Below, piece by piece: positions 14,170-28,330 of a stretch of 64,000 nucleotides of DNA (positions are counted from its first letter, which is position 1; each line of letters opens with the position of its first letter). The translations under genes were made by a program, and so were the position numbers. A model generated the notes under the pieces. The model did no database searches. It saw only the letters and a program-made list of their open reading frames with translations, and was not told where the DNA came from. This stretch comes from Haplodiscus bocki (Eukaryota): the NCBI GenBank assembly GCA_965655095.1, contig OZ296657.1:16368001-16432000 (forward strand), written 5' to 3'.

Positions 14170-17100
14170 CAATGAACGATCGCGACAAGATTTGAATCTT
14201 GAGGTCGTATTTCCTAATGGCAATGAATGATAGTGACAAGATTTGCGTCTTTACGTGGTTTGTTTTAATCGGAATGAAAGATCGTGAAAACGTTTCCATC
14301 CTGACGTGAATTATTCTGAATCGCATTGAAAAATCATTGAACAGTTTCAATCATGACGTGAATTTTCTGAAATGCAACGATTGATCATGGAAAGATTCCA
14401 GACGTCACGTTGTAACAATGAATCGCAATGAATGATGGTGAAAAGATTTCAGTCTCGACGGGGTAGTTCTCAATCGCAGTCAAAAGTCGTGGATAAGTTT
14501 CCATCCTAACATGATTTTTCTGAATTGAAACGAATGATCGTGACAAGATTTGCAACTTGACGTGTTATTTCCCAATCGCAATGAATGATCATGACAAGAT
14601 TTGCATTTTGATATGGTATTTAGTACCCGCAATGAATGATCCTGTGAAGATTTCCATCTTGACATGATTTTTCTGAGTTGCAATGAATGATCGTGCCAAG
14701 ATTTGCAACTTGACCTTGTTTTTTTTCCTAATCGCAATGAATGATCGTGACAAGATGTGCAACTTGACGTAGTATTCCTCAATGGCAATGACTAATCTTG
14801 ACAAGATTTGCAACTTGACGTGGTATTTCTGAATATTAAAGATTGATCCTGACAAGGAGTACCCTCAATGAATGATTGTGTAAAGATTTCCATCTTGACA
14901 TGATTTTTCTGAGTCGCAATGAATGATCGTGACAAGATTTGCAACTCAACCTGGTTTCTATTATTCGCAATGAATGGTCGAGACAAGATTTGCTTCCTGA
15001 TGGGGTTTTTCTTAATCGCAAAAAATGATCGTAGAAAGAATTCCATCCTCGCATGTTTTTCTGAAGTGCAATGATTGATCGTGACAAGAACTTCATCACG
15101 ACGTGGTATTTCCTAATTGCAAAAACTGATCGTGGAAGAAGTTCCAACATGGTGTGCACTTTTTGAGTCGCAATGAATGATCGTTAAAAGCTTCCAAGCT
15201 TCGGGTGATAAATCTGAAATGCAAAGAATGATCGTGAGTAGACATCTTTTCTGGATCAGAAATTTCTCTATCGCAAGGAGTGTTCGTGAAGATTTTTCTA
15301 TCTTGACCTGTTTTGTCTGAATCGCTGGGAATGATCCAGACAAGATTTCAATCTTTGACGTTGTTTTTCTTAAGCGCATTGATTGATCGTGAAAACAATT
15401 CCATCCCGACGTTATTTTTCGGGATCGCAATGAATGATCATGACAAGATGTGGGACCTGGCGTGGTATTGTTTAATCGCGAAGAATGATTGTGAAAAGAT
15501 TTCTATTTTGACCACAATTTTCTAAATCTCAATGAACGTTTTTGACAAGATTTCCACCTTGACGTGTTATTTCCTTATCACAATTAGTGATGGTGAAAAC
15601 TTTTTCATCTTCACGTGATTTTTTTGAATCGCAATGACTGACCGTGAAAACATTTCCAACTTGACGTGGTTTTCCATAATTGCAATGAAAGATGGTGGAA
15701 AAATTTCCGACCTGACATGACTTTTCTGAATCGAGGGCAAGGGCCTTGAAAAAATTTCTACCTTGAGCAAACTTTTCTACATCTCAATGAAGGATCGTGA
15801 CAAGATTTGCATTCTGACGTGGTATTTCCTTATCGCAAAGACTAATATTGCCAGGGTTTGCGTCTTGACGTGATATTTCCTATCTGCATAAAAAGATTGT
15901 GGAAAGATTTCCATCCTGACGTGTTTCTTCTGAATTGCAACGATTGATCGTGAAAAGATCTCTACCTTGAACGAAATTTTCTAAATCTCAATGAACGATC
16001 GCGACAAGATTTGAATCTTGAGGTCGTATTTCCTAATGGCAATGAATGATAGTGACAAGATTTGCAACTTGACCTGGTTTTTTTTCCTAATCGCAATGAA
16101 TGATCGTGACAAGATTTGCAACTTGACGTAGTATTTCTCAATGGCAATGACTAATCTTGACAAGATTTGCAACTTGACGTGGTATTTCTGAATATTAATG
16201 ATTGATCCTGACAAGGAGTACCCGCAATGAATGATTGTGTAAAGATTTCCCTCTTGACATGATTTTTCTGAGTCGCAATGAATGATCGTGACAAGATTTG
16301 CAACTCAACCTGGTTTTTATTAATCGCAATGAATGGTCGTGACAAGATTTGCTTCCTGATGGGGTTTTTCTTAATCGCAAAAAATGATCGTAGAAAGAAT
16401 TCCATCCTCACATGTTTTTCTGAAGTGCAATGATTGATCGTGACAAGAACATCATCACGACGTGGTATTTCCTAATTGCAAAAAATGATCGTGGAAGAAG
16501 TTCCAACATGGTGTGCACTTTTTGAGTCGCAATGAATGATCGTTAAAAGCTTCCAAGCTTCGGGTGATAATTCTGAAAAGCAAAGAATGATCGTGAGTAG
16601 ACATCTTTTCTGGATCAGAAATTTCTCTATCGCAAGGAGTGTTCGTGAAGATTTTTCTATCTTGACCTGTTTTGTCTGAATCGCTGGGAATGATCCAGAC
16701 AAGATTTCAATCTTTGACGTTGTTTTCCTTAAGCGCATTGATTGATCGTGAAAACATTTCCATCCCGACGTTATTTTTCGGGATCGCAATGAATGATAAT
16801 GACAAGATGTGGGACTTGGCGTGGTATTGTTTAATCGCGAAGAATGATTGTGAAAAGATTTCTATTTGACCACAATTTTCTAAATCTCAACGAACGTTTT
16901 TGACAAGATTTCCAACTTGACGTGGTATTTCCTTATCACAATTAGCGATGGTGAAAACTTTTTCATCTTCACGTGATTTTTTTGAATCGCAATGACTGAC
17001 CGTGAAAACATTTCCAACTTGACGTGGTTTTTCATAATTGCAATGAAAGTTGGTGGAAAAATTTCCGACCTGACATGACTTTTCTGAATCGAGGGCAAGG

Positions 17101-20100
17101 GCCTTGAAAAAATTTCTACCTTGAGCAAACTTTTCTACATCGCAATGAAGGATCGTGACAAGATTTGCATTCTGACGTGGTTTTTCCTTATCGCAAAGAC
17201 TAATATTGCCAGGGTTTGCGTCTTGACGTGATATTTCCTATCTGCATAAAAAGATTGTGGAAAGATTTCCATCCTGACGTGTTTCTTCTGAATTGCAACG
17301 ATTGATCGTGAAAAGATCTCTATCTTGAACGAAATTTTCTAAATCTCAATGAACGATCGCGACAAGATTTGAATCTTGAGGTCGTATTTCCTAATGGCAA
17401 TGAATGATAGTGACAAGATTTGCGTCTTTACGTGGTTTGTTTTAATCGGAATGAATGATCGTGAAAACGTTTCCATCCTGACGTGATTTTTTCTGAATCG
17501 CATTGAAAAATCATTGAACAGTTTCAATCATGACGTGAATTTTCTGAAATGCAACGATTGATCATGGAAAGATTCCAGACGTCACGTTGTAACAATGAAT
17601 CGCAATGAATGATGGTGAAAAGATTTCAGTCTCGACGGGGTATTTCTCAATCGCAGTCAAAAGTCGTGGAAAAATTTCCATCCTAACATGATTTTTCTGA
17701 ATTGAAACGAATGATCGTGACAAGATTTGCAACTTGACGTGGTATTCCCCAATCGCAAAGAATGATCAAGACAAGATTTGCATTTTGATATGGTATTTAG
17801 TACCCGCAATGAATGATCCTGTGAAGATTTCTATCTTGACATGATTTTTCTGAGTTGCAATGAATGATCGTGCCAAGATTTGCAACTTGACCTGGTTTTT
17901 CCTAATCGCAATGAATGATCGTGACAAGATTTGCAACTTGACGTAGTATTTCTCAATGGCAATGACTAATCTTGACAAGATTTGCAACTTGACGTGGTAT
18001 TTCTGAATATTAATGATTGATCCTGACAAGGAGTACCCGCAATGAATGATTGTGTAAAGATTTCCATCTTGACATGATTTTTCTGAGTCGCAATGAATGA
18101 TCGTGACAAGATTTGCAACTCAACCTGGTTTTTATTAATCGCAATGAATGTCCGTGACAAGATTTGCTTCCTGATGGGGTTTTTCTTAATCGCAAAAAAT
18201 GATCGTAGAAAGAATTCCATCCTCACATGTTTTTCTGAAGTGCAATGATTGATCGTGACAAGAACTTCATCACGACGTGGTATTTCCTAATTGCAAAAAC
18301 TGATCGTGGAAGAAGTTCCAACATGGTGTGCACTTTTTGAGTCGCAATGAATGATCGTTAAAAGCTTCCAAGCTTCGGGTGATAATTCTGAAAAGCAAAG
18401 AATGATCGTGAGTAGACATCTTTTCTGGATCAGAAATTTCTCTATCGCAAGGAGTGTTCGTGAAGATTTTTCTATCTTGACCTGTTTTGTCTGAATCGCT
18501 GAGAATGATCCAGACAAGATTTCAATCTTTGACGTTGTTTTTCTTAGACGCATTGATTGATCGTGAAAACATTTCCATCCCCACGTTATTTTTCGGGATC
18601 GCAATGAATGATCATGACAAGATATGGGACTTGGCGTGGTATTGTTTAATCGCGAAGAATGATTGTGAGAACATTTCTATTTTGACCACAATTTTCTAAA
18701 TCTCAATGAACGTTTTGACAAGATTTGCATCTTGACCTGCTATTTCCTAATCGCAATGAATGATCGTGACAAGATTTGAATCTTCTGGTGGTATTTCCCA
18801 ATTGCAAGGAATGAACGTGAAAACAATTGCATCTTGACGTTACTGTTTTGAACGGCAATGATTGATTGTGAAAAGAATTCTATTTTGAAAAGAAATATCC
18901 CTATTGCAAGGAGTGATCGTGAAGAGATTTCAAAGTTGACGTGTTTTTTGTGAATCACAAGGAATGATCAAGACATGTTGTCCACGTTGACGTGGTATTT
19001 TTTATCGCAATGAACGATCGTGAAAACATTTTCTTCCATACTTTACTTTTCTGAAATGCAATGAAAGATCGCAGAAATATTTGCAACTTGGCGTGGTATT
19101 TCCTAATCACAATGAAAGCTCGTGACAAAATTTGCATTTTGACATGGTATTTAGTACCCGCAATGAATGATCCTGTGAAGATTTCCATCTTGACATTATT
19201 TTTCTAAGTCTCAATGAATGATCGTGACAAGATTTGCAACTTGACCTGGTTTTTCCTAATCGCAATGAATGGTCGTGACAAGATTTGCTTCCTGATGGGG
19301 TTTTTCTTAATCGCAAAAAATGATCGTAGAAAGAATTCCATCCTCACGTGTTTTTCTGAAGTGCAATGATTGATCATGACAAAAATTTCATCACGGCGTG
19401 GTATTTCCTAATTGCAAAAATTGATCGTGGAAGAAGTTCCATCCTGGCGTGCACTTTTTGAATCGCAATGAATGATCGTGAAAAGCTTCCAAGCTTCGGG
19501 TGATAATTCTGAAATGCAAAGAATGATCGTGAGTAGACATCTTTTCTGGATCAGAAATTTCTCTATCGCAAGGAGTGTTCGTGAAGATTTTTCTATCTTG
19601 ACCTGTTTTGTCTGAATCGCTGGGAATGATCCAGACAAGATTTCAATCTTTGACGTTGTTTTTCTTAAGCGCATTGATTGATCGTGAAAACATTTCCATC
19701 CCGACGTTATTTTTCGGGATCGCAATGAATGATCATGACAAGATATGGGACTTGGCGTGGTATTGTTTAATCGCGAAGAATGATTGTGAAAAGATTTCTA
19801 TTTGACCACAATTTTCTAAATCTCAATGAACGTTTTTGACAAGATTTGCATCTTAACCTGCTATTTCCTAATCGCAATGAATGATCGTGACAAGATTTGA
19901 ATCTTCACGTGGTATTTCCCAATTGCAAGGAATGAACGTGAAAACAATTGGATCTTGACGTTACTTTTTTGAATGGCAATGAATGATTGTGAAAAGATTT
20001 CTGTTTTGACCAGAAATTTCACTATAGCAAGGAGTGATCGTGAAGAGATTTCAAAATTGACGTGTTTTTTGTGAATCACAAGGAATGATCAAGACATGTT

Positions 20101-23100
20101 GTCCACGTTGACGTGGTATTTTTTATCGCAATGAACGATCGTGAAAACATTTTCTTCCATACGTTACTTTTCTGAAATGCAATGAAAGATCGCGGAAACA
20201 TTTGCAACTTGGCGTGGTATTTCCTAATCGCAATGAATGATCATGACATGATTTGCATTTTGACATGGTATTTAGTACCGGCAATGAATGATCGTGTAAA
20301 GATTTCCATCTTGACATGATTTTTCTGAGTCGCAATGAATGTTTGTGACAAGATTTGCAACTTGACCTGGTTTTTCCTAATCGCAATGAACGATCGCGAC
20401 AAGATTTGAATCTTGAGGTCGTATTTCCTAATGGCAATGAATGATAGTGACAAGATTTGCGTCTTTACGTGGTTTGTTTTAATCGGAATGAAAGATCGTG
20501 AAAACGTTTCCATCCTGACGTGAATTATTCTGAATCGCATTGAAAAATCATTGAACAGTTTCAATCATGACGTGAAGTTTCTGAAATGCAACGATTGATC
20601 ATGGAAAGATTCCAGACGTCACGTTGTAACAATGAATCGCAATGAATGATGGTGAAAAGATTTCAGTCTCGACGGGGTAGTTCTCAATCGCAGTCAAAAG
20701 TCGTGGATAAGTTTCCATCCTAACATGATTTTTCTGAATTGAAACGAATGATCGTGACAAGATTTGCAACTTGACGTGTTATTTCCCAATCGCAATGAAT
20801 GATCATGACAAGATTTGCATTTTGATATGGTATTTAGTACCCGCAATGAATGATCCTGTGAAGATTTCCATCTTGACATGATTTTTCTGAGTTGCAATGA
20901 ATGATCGTGCCAAGATTTGCAACTTGACCTTGTTTTTTTTCCTAATCGCAATGAATGATCGTGACAAGATGTGCAACTTGACGTAGTATTCCTCAATGGC
21001 AATGACTAATCTTGACAAGATTTGCAACTTGACGTGGTATTTCTGAATATTAAAGATTGATCCTGACAAGGAGTACCCTCAATGAATGATTGTGTAAAGA
21101 TTTCCATCTTGACATGATTTTTCTGAGTCGCAATGAATGATCGTGACAAGATTTGCAACTCAACCTGGTTTCTATTATTCGCAATGAATGGTCGAGACAA
21201 GATTTGCTTCCTGATGGGGTTTTTCTTAATCGCAAAAAATGATCGTAGAAAGAATTCCATCCTCGCATGTTTTTCTGAAGTGCAATGATTGATCGTGACA
21301 AGAACTTCATCACGACGTGGTATTTCCTAATTGCAAAAACTGATCGTGGAAGAAGTTCCAACATGGTGTGCACTTTTTGAGTCGCAATGAATGATCGTTA
21401 AAAGCTTCCAAGCTTCGGGTGATAAATCTGAAATGCAAAGAATGATCGTGAGTAGACATCTTTTCTGGATCAGAAATTTCTCTATCGCAAGGAGTGTTCG
21501 TGAAGATTTTTCTATCTTGACCTGTTTTGTCTGAATCGCTGGGAATGATCCAGACAAGATTTCAATCTTTGACGTTGTTTTTCTTAAGCGCATTGATTGA
21601 TCGTGAAAACAATTCCATCCCGACGTTATTTTTCGGGATCGCAATGAATGATCATGACAAGATGTGGGACCTGGCGTGGTATTGTTTAATCGCGAAGAAT
21701 GATTGTGAAAAGATTTCTATTTTGACCACAATTTTCTAAATCTCAATGAACGTTTTTGACAAGATTTCCACCTTGACGTGTTATTTCCTTATCACAATTA
21801 GTGATGGTGAAAACTTTTTCATCTTCACGTGATTTTTTTGAATCGCAATGACTGACCGTGAAAACATTTCCAACTTGACGTGGTTTTCCATAATTGCAAT
21901 GAAAGATGGTGGAAAAATTTCCGACCTGACATGACTTTTCTGAATCGAGGGCAAGGGCCTTGAAAAAATTTCTACCTTGAGCAAACTTTTCTACATCTCA
22001 ATGAAGGATCGTGACAAGATTTGCATTCTGACGTGGTATTTCCTTATCGCAAAGACTAATATTGCCAGGGTTTGCGTCTTGACGTGATATTTCCTATCTG
22101 CATAAAAAGATTGTGGAAAGATTTCCATCCTGACGTGTTTCTTCTGAATTGCAACGATTGATCGTGAAAAGATCTCTACCTTGAACGAAATTTTCTAAAT
22201 CTCAATGAACGATCGCGACAAGATTTGAATCTTGAGGTCGTATTTCCTAATGGCAATGAATGATAGTGACAAGATTTGCAACTTGACCTGGTTTTTTTTC
22301 CTAATCGCAATGAATGATCGTGACAAGATTTGCAACTTGACGTAGTATTTCTCAATGGCAATGACTAATCTTGACAAGATTTGCAACTTGACGTGGTATT
22401 TCTGAATATTAATGATTGATCCTGACAAGGAGTACCCGCAATGAATGATTGTGTAAAGATTTCCCTCTTGACATGATTTTTCTGAGTCGCAATGAATGAT
22501 CGTGACAAGATTTGCAACTCAACCTGGTTTTTATTAATCGCAATGAATGGTCGTGACAAGATTTGCTTCCTGATGGGGTTTTTCTTAATCGCAAAAAATG
22601 ATCGTAGAAAGAATTCCATCCTCACATGTTTTTCTGAAGTGCAATGATTGATCGTGACAAGAACATCATCACGACGTGGTATTTCCTAATTGCAAAAAAT
22701 GATCGTGGAAGAAGTTCCAACATGGTGTGCACTTTTTGAGTCGCAATGAATGATCGTTAAAAGCTTCCAAGCTTCGGGTGATAATTCTGAAAAGCAAAGA
22801 ATGATCGTGAGTAGACATCTTTTCTGGATCAGAAATTTCTCTATCGCAAGGAGTGTTCGTGAAGATTTTTCTATCTTGACCTGTTTTGTCTGAATCGCTG
22901 GGAATGATCCAGACAAGATTTCAATCTTTGACGTTGTTTTCCTTAAGCGCATTGATTGATCGTGAAAACATTTCCATCCCGACGTTATTTTTCGGGATCG
23001 CAATGAATGATAATGACAAGATGTGGGACTTGGCGTGGTATTGTTTAATCGCGAAGAATGATTGTGAAAAGATTTCTATTTGACCACAATTTTCTAAATC

Positions 23101-26100
23101 TCAACGAACGTTTTTGACAAGATTTCCAACTTGACGTGGTATTTCCTTATCACAATTAGCGATGGTGAAAACTTTTTCATCTTCACGTGATTTTTTTGAA
23201 TCGCAATGACTGACCGTGAAAACATTTCCAACTTGACGTGGTTTTTCATAATTGCAATGAAAGTTGGTGGAAAAATTTCCAACCTGACATGACTTTTCTG
23301 AATCGAGGGCAAGGGCCTTGAAAAAATTTCTACCTTGAGCAAACTTTTCTACATCGCAATGAAGGATCGTGACAAGATTTGCATTCTGACGTGGTTTTTC
23401 CTTATCGCAAAGACTAATATTGCCAGGGTTTGCGTCTTGACGTGATATTTCCTATCTGCATAAAAAGATTGTGGAAAGATTTCCATCCTGACGTGTTTCT
23501 TCTGAATTGCAACGATTGATCGTGAAAAGATCTCTATCTTGAACGAAATTTTCTAAATCTCAATGAACGATCGCGACAAGATTTGAATCTTGAGGTCGTA
23601 TTTCCTAATGGCAATGAATGATAGTGACAAGATTTGCGTCTTTACGTGGTTTGTTTTAATCGGAATGAATGATCGTGAAAACGTTTCCATCCTGACGTGA
23701 TTTTTTCTGAATCGCATTGAAAAATCATTGAACAGTTTCAATCATGACGTGAATTTTCTGAAATGCAACGATTGATCATGGAAAGATTCCAGACGTCACG
23801 TTGTAACAATGAATCGCAATGAATGACGGTGAAAAGATTTCAGTCTCGACGGGGTATTTCTCAATCGCAGTCAAAAGTCGTGGAAAAATTTCCATCCTAA
23901 CATGATTTTTCTGAATTGAAACGAATGATCGTGACAAGATTTGCAACTTGACGTGGTATTCCCCAATCGCAAAGAATGATCAAGACAAGATTTGCATTTT
24001 GATATGGTATTTAGTACCCGCAATGAATGATCCTGTGAAGATTTCTATCTTGACATGATTTTTCTGAGTTGCAATGAATGATCGTGCCAAGATTTGCAAC
24101 TTGACCTGGTTTTTCCTAATCGCAATGAATGATCGTGACAAGATTTGCAACTTGACGTAGTATTTCTCAATGGCAATGACTAATCTTGACAAGATTTGCA
24201 ACTTGACGTGGTATTTCTGAATATTAATGATTGATCCTGACAAGGAGTACCCGCAATGAATGATTGTGTAAAGATTTCCATCTTGACATGATTTTTCTGA
24301 GTCGCAATGAATGATCGTGACAAGATTTGCAACTCAACCTGGTTTTTATTAATCGCAATGAATGTCCGTGACAAGATTTGCTTCCTGATGGGGTTTTTCT
24401 TAATCGCAAAAAATGATCGTAGAAAGAATTCCATCCTCACATGTTTTTCTGAAGTGCAATGATTGATCGTGACAAGAACTTCATCACGACGTGGTATTTC
24501 CTAATTGCAAAAACTGATCGTGGAAGAAGTTCCAACATGGTGTGCACTTTTTGAGTCGCAATGAATGATCGTTAAAAGCTTCCAAGCTTCGGGTGATAAT
24601 TCTGAAAAGCAAAGAATGATCGTGAGTAGACATCTTTTCTGGATCAGAAATTTCTCTATCGCAAGGAGTGTTCGTGAAGATTTTTCTATCTTGACCTGTT
24701 TTGTCTGAATCGCTGAGAATGATCCAGACAAGATTTCAATCTTTGACGTTGTTTTTCTTAGACGCATTGATTGATCGTGAAAACATTTCCATCCCCACGT
24801 TATTTTTCGGGATCGCAATGAATGATCATGACAAGATATGGGACTTGGCGTGGTATTGTTTAATCGCGAAGAATGATTGTGAGAACATTTCTATTTTGAC
24901 CACAATTTTCTAAATCTCAATGAACGTTTTGACAAGATTTGCATCTTGACCTGCTATTTCCTAATCGCAATGAATGATCGTGACAAGATTTGAATCTTCT
25001 GGTGGTATTTCCCAATTGCAAGGAATGAACGTGAAAACAATTGCATCTTGACGTTACTGTTTTGAACGGCAATGATTGATTGTGAAAAGAATTCTATTTT
25101 GAAAAGAAATATCCCTATTGCAAGGAGTGATCGTGAAGAGATTTCAAAGTTGACGTGTTTTTTGTGAATCACAAGGAATGATCAAGACATGTTGTCCACG
25201 TTGACGTGGTATTTTTTATCGCAATGAACGATCGTGAAAACATTTTCTTCCATACTTTACTTTTCTGAAATGCAATGAAAGATCGCAGAAATATTTGCAA
25301 CTTGGCGTGGTATTTCCTAATCACAATGAAAGCTCGTGACAAAATTTGCATTTTGACATGGTATTTAGTACCCGCAATGAATGATCCTGTGAAGATTTCC
25401 ATCTTGACATTATTTTTCTAAGTCTCAATGAATGATCGTGACAAGATTTGCAACTTGACCTGGTTTTTCCTAATCGCAATGAATGGTCGTGACAAGATTT
25501 GCTTCCTGATGGGGTTTTTCTTAATCGCAAAAAATGATCGTAGAAAGAATTCCATCCTCACGTGTTTTTCTGAAGTGCAATGATTGATCATGACAAAAAT
25601 TTCATCACGGCGTGGTATTTCCTAATTGCAAAAATTGATCGTGGAAGAAGTTCCATCCTGGCGTGCACTTTTTGAATCGCAATGAATGATCGTGAAAAGC
25701 TTCCAAGCTTCGGGTGATAATTCTGAAATGCAAAGAATGATCGTGAGTAGACATCTTTTCTGGATCAGAAATTTCTCTATCGCAAGGAGTGTTCGTGAAG
25801 ATTTTTCTATCTTGACCTGTTTTATCTGAATCGCTGGGAATGATCCAGACAAGATTTCAATCTTTGACGTTGTTTTTCTTAAGCGCATTGATTGATCGTG
25901 AAAACATTTCCATCCCGACGTTATTTTTCGGGATCGCAATGAATGATCATGACAAGATGTGGGACTTGGCGTGGTATTGTTTAATCGCGAAGAATGATTG
26001 TGAAAAGATTTCTATTTGACCACAATTTTCTAAATCTCAATGAACGTTTTCGACAAGATTTGCATCTTAACCTGCTATTTCCTAATCGCAATGAATGATC

Positions 26101-26604
26101 GTGACAAGATTTGAATCTTCACGTGGTATTTCCCAATTGCAAGGAATGAACGTGAAAACAATTGCATCTTGACGTTACTTTTTTGAATGGCAATGAATGA
26201 TTGTGAAAAGATTTCTGTTTTGACCAGAAATTTCACTATAGCAAGGAGTGATCGTGAAGAGATTTCAAAATTGACGTGTTTTTTGTGAATCACAAGGAAT
26301 GATCAAGACATGTTGTCCACGTTGACGTGGTATTTTTTATCGCAATGAACGATCGTGAAAACATTTTCTTCCATACGTTACTTTTCTGAAATGCAATGAA
26401 AGATCGCGGAAACATTTGCAACTTGGCGTGGTATTTCCTAATCGCAATGAATGATCATGACATGATTTGCATTTTGACATGGTATTTAGTACCGGCAATG
26501 AATGATCGTGTAAAGATTTCCATCTTGACATGATTTTTCTGAGTCGCAATGAATGTTTGTGACAAGATTTGCAACTTGACCTGGTTTTTCCTAATCGCAA
26601 TGAA
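14170..26604 (+). repeat. HOR domain 2b: near-perfect 6,214-bp tandem duplication (14170-20383 / 20384-26604), each copy made of four variable-length sub-units
   Basis: ORFs from 14480 to 19861 have twins offset by 6,214 (e.g. 14480/20694, 16472/22686, 18740/24954, 19408/25622). The junction falls in caatgaa at 14170/20384. Only a handful of substitutions were spotted by eye. Confidence 0.96.
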
Positions 26605-27599
26605 TGATCGTGACAAGATTTGCAACTTGACATGGTATAATCTTATCGCGATGACTAATAGCGACAAGATTTGCGTCTTGACGTGATATTTCCTAATCGG
26701 AAAAAATGATTGTGCAAAGATTCCCATCATGGCGTGAAGTTTCTGAGCCGCAATGAATGATCCTGAAAAAGATCTCTATCTTGAACAGAAAATTCTAAAT
26801 CTCAATGAAGGATCGTGACAAGATATGCTTCTTGACGTGGTTTTTCTTAACAGCCGAAATTGTATCGTGGAAGGATTTCCATCCTAACGTGATTTCTCTG
26901 AATCGCAATGAATGATCGTGAAAAGTTTCCAATCCTCACGTGATAATTCTGAATCGTAATGAACAATCCTGGAAAGATTCATCTCTTGACCAGAACTTTC
27001 TAAATGTCAATGAACGATCGTGACAAGATTTGAATCTTGAGGTGGTATTTCCTAATGGCAATGAATGATAGTGACAAGATTTGCAACTTGACGTGGTATT
27101 TCCCAATTGCAAGGAATGAACGTGAAAACAATTGGATCTTGACGTTACTTTTTTGAATGGCAATGAATGATTGTGAAAAGATTTCTGTTTTGACCAGAAA
27201 TTTCACTATTGCAAGGAGTGATCGTGGAGATTTCAAAATTGACGTGTTTTTTGTGAATCACAAGGAATGATCAAGACATGTTGTCCACGTTGACGTGGTA
27301 TTTTTTATCGCAATGAACGATCGTGAAAACATTTTCTTCCATACGTTACTTTTCTGAAATGCAATGAAAGATCGCGGAAACATTTGCAACTTGGCGTGGT
27401 ATTTCCTAATCGCAATGAATGATCATGACATGATTTGCATTTTGACATGGTATTTAGTACCGGCAATGAATGATCGTGTAAAGATTTCCATCTTGACATG
27501 ATTTTTCTGAGTCGCAATGAATGATCGTGCCAAGATCTGCAACTTGACCTGGGTTTTCCTAATCGCAATGAATGATCGTGACAAGATTTGCAACTTGAC
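26121..27599 (+). repeat. Local ~510-bp (10-monomer) direct repeat, 26121-26631 and 27091-27599
   Basis: ORF pairs 26337/27305 and 26455/27423 are offset by 968. The marker caagacatgttgtccacgttgacg is present in both copies. Confidence 0.85.
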
Positions 27600-28330
27600 G
27601 TGGGATTTCGTAATCGCCGTAGATATTCGTGGAAAAAATCCAACATGACGTGATTTTTCCGAATTGCAGTGAATCATCGTGTAAAAAATCCAATCTTCAC
27701 ATGACGATTCTGAATCGTAATGAACAATCCTGAAAAGATTCATCTCTTGACCAGAACTTTCTAAATCTCAATGAAATATCGTGAAAAGATTTGCATCCTG
27801 ACCTGGTATTTAACAATCGCAAGAAATGATCGTGGAAAGATTTTCATCCTGACGCTATTTTTTTGAATTGCAGTGATTGATGGTAACAAGATTTGCAGCT
27901 TGACGTGGTATTTCCTAATAGCAATGACTGATGACAAACTTCGAATCATCACGTGATATTTCTGAATCGCAAAGAATGATCGTTAAAAGCGTTCCATGAT
28001 GTTGTGATTCTTCCTATTTGCAAGGAAAGACCGTGAAAAGGATTTTATCTTGACCAGTATTTTCAAAATCTTTAAGGTGATCGTGACAAAATTTGCATGT
28101 TGAGGTGGTATTTCCTAGTTAAAACGAATGCTCGCGAAAGGATTCGCATCTTGGCATGGTATTTCTCAATCTCAAAAATTGATCTTGAAAAGCTTTCCAT
28201 ACTGACGTGACTTTTCTGATAGACATATAAGGATCCTGAAAAAACTTCCTTCTTGACGCAGTATTTCTTAAACACAATGACTGATCGCGAAAATATTTCC
28301 ATCCGGACGTGATTTTTCTGAATCGCAATG
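27600..28330 (+). repeat. Diverged monomeric transition zone between domain 2 and domain 3
   Basis: The 51-bp period persists, but I found no close long-range match. Some monomers are shortened (e.g. ~27925-27945 gactgatgacaaact; ~28060-28080 tttcaaaatctttaaggtgatcg). Confidence 0.6.

Noticed and set aside
3049-27646. CxxCH motifs (SCKSCHDH) suggesting a multiheme cytochrome c
   Set aside because: This is a second-frame reading of tgcaaatcttgtcacgat in one monomer class. The ORFs are short, frameshifted and overlap other equally open frames, with no signal peptide or gene context.
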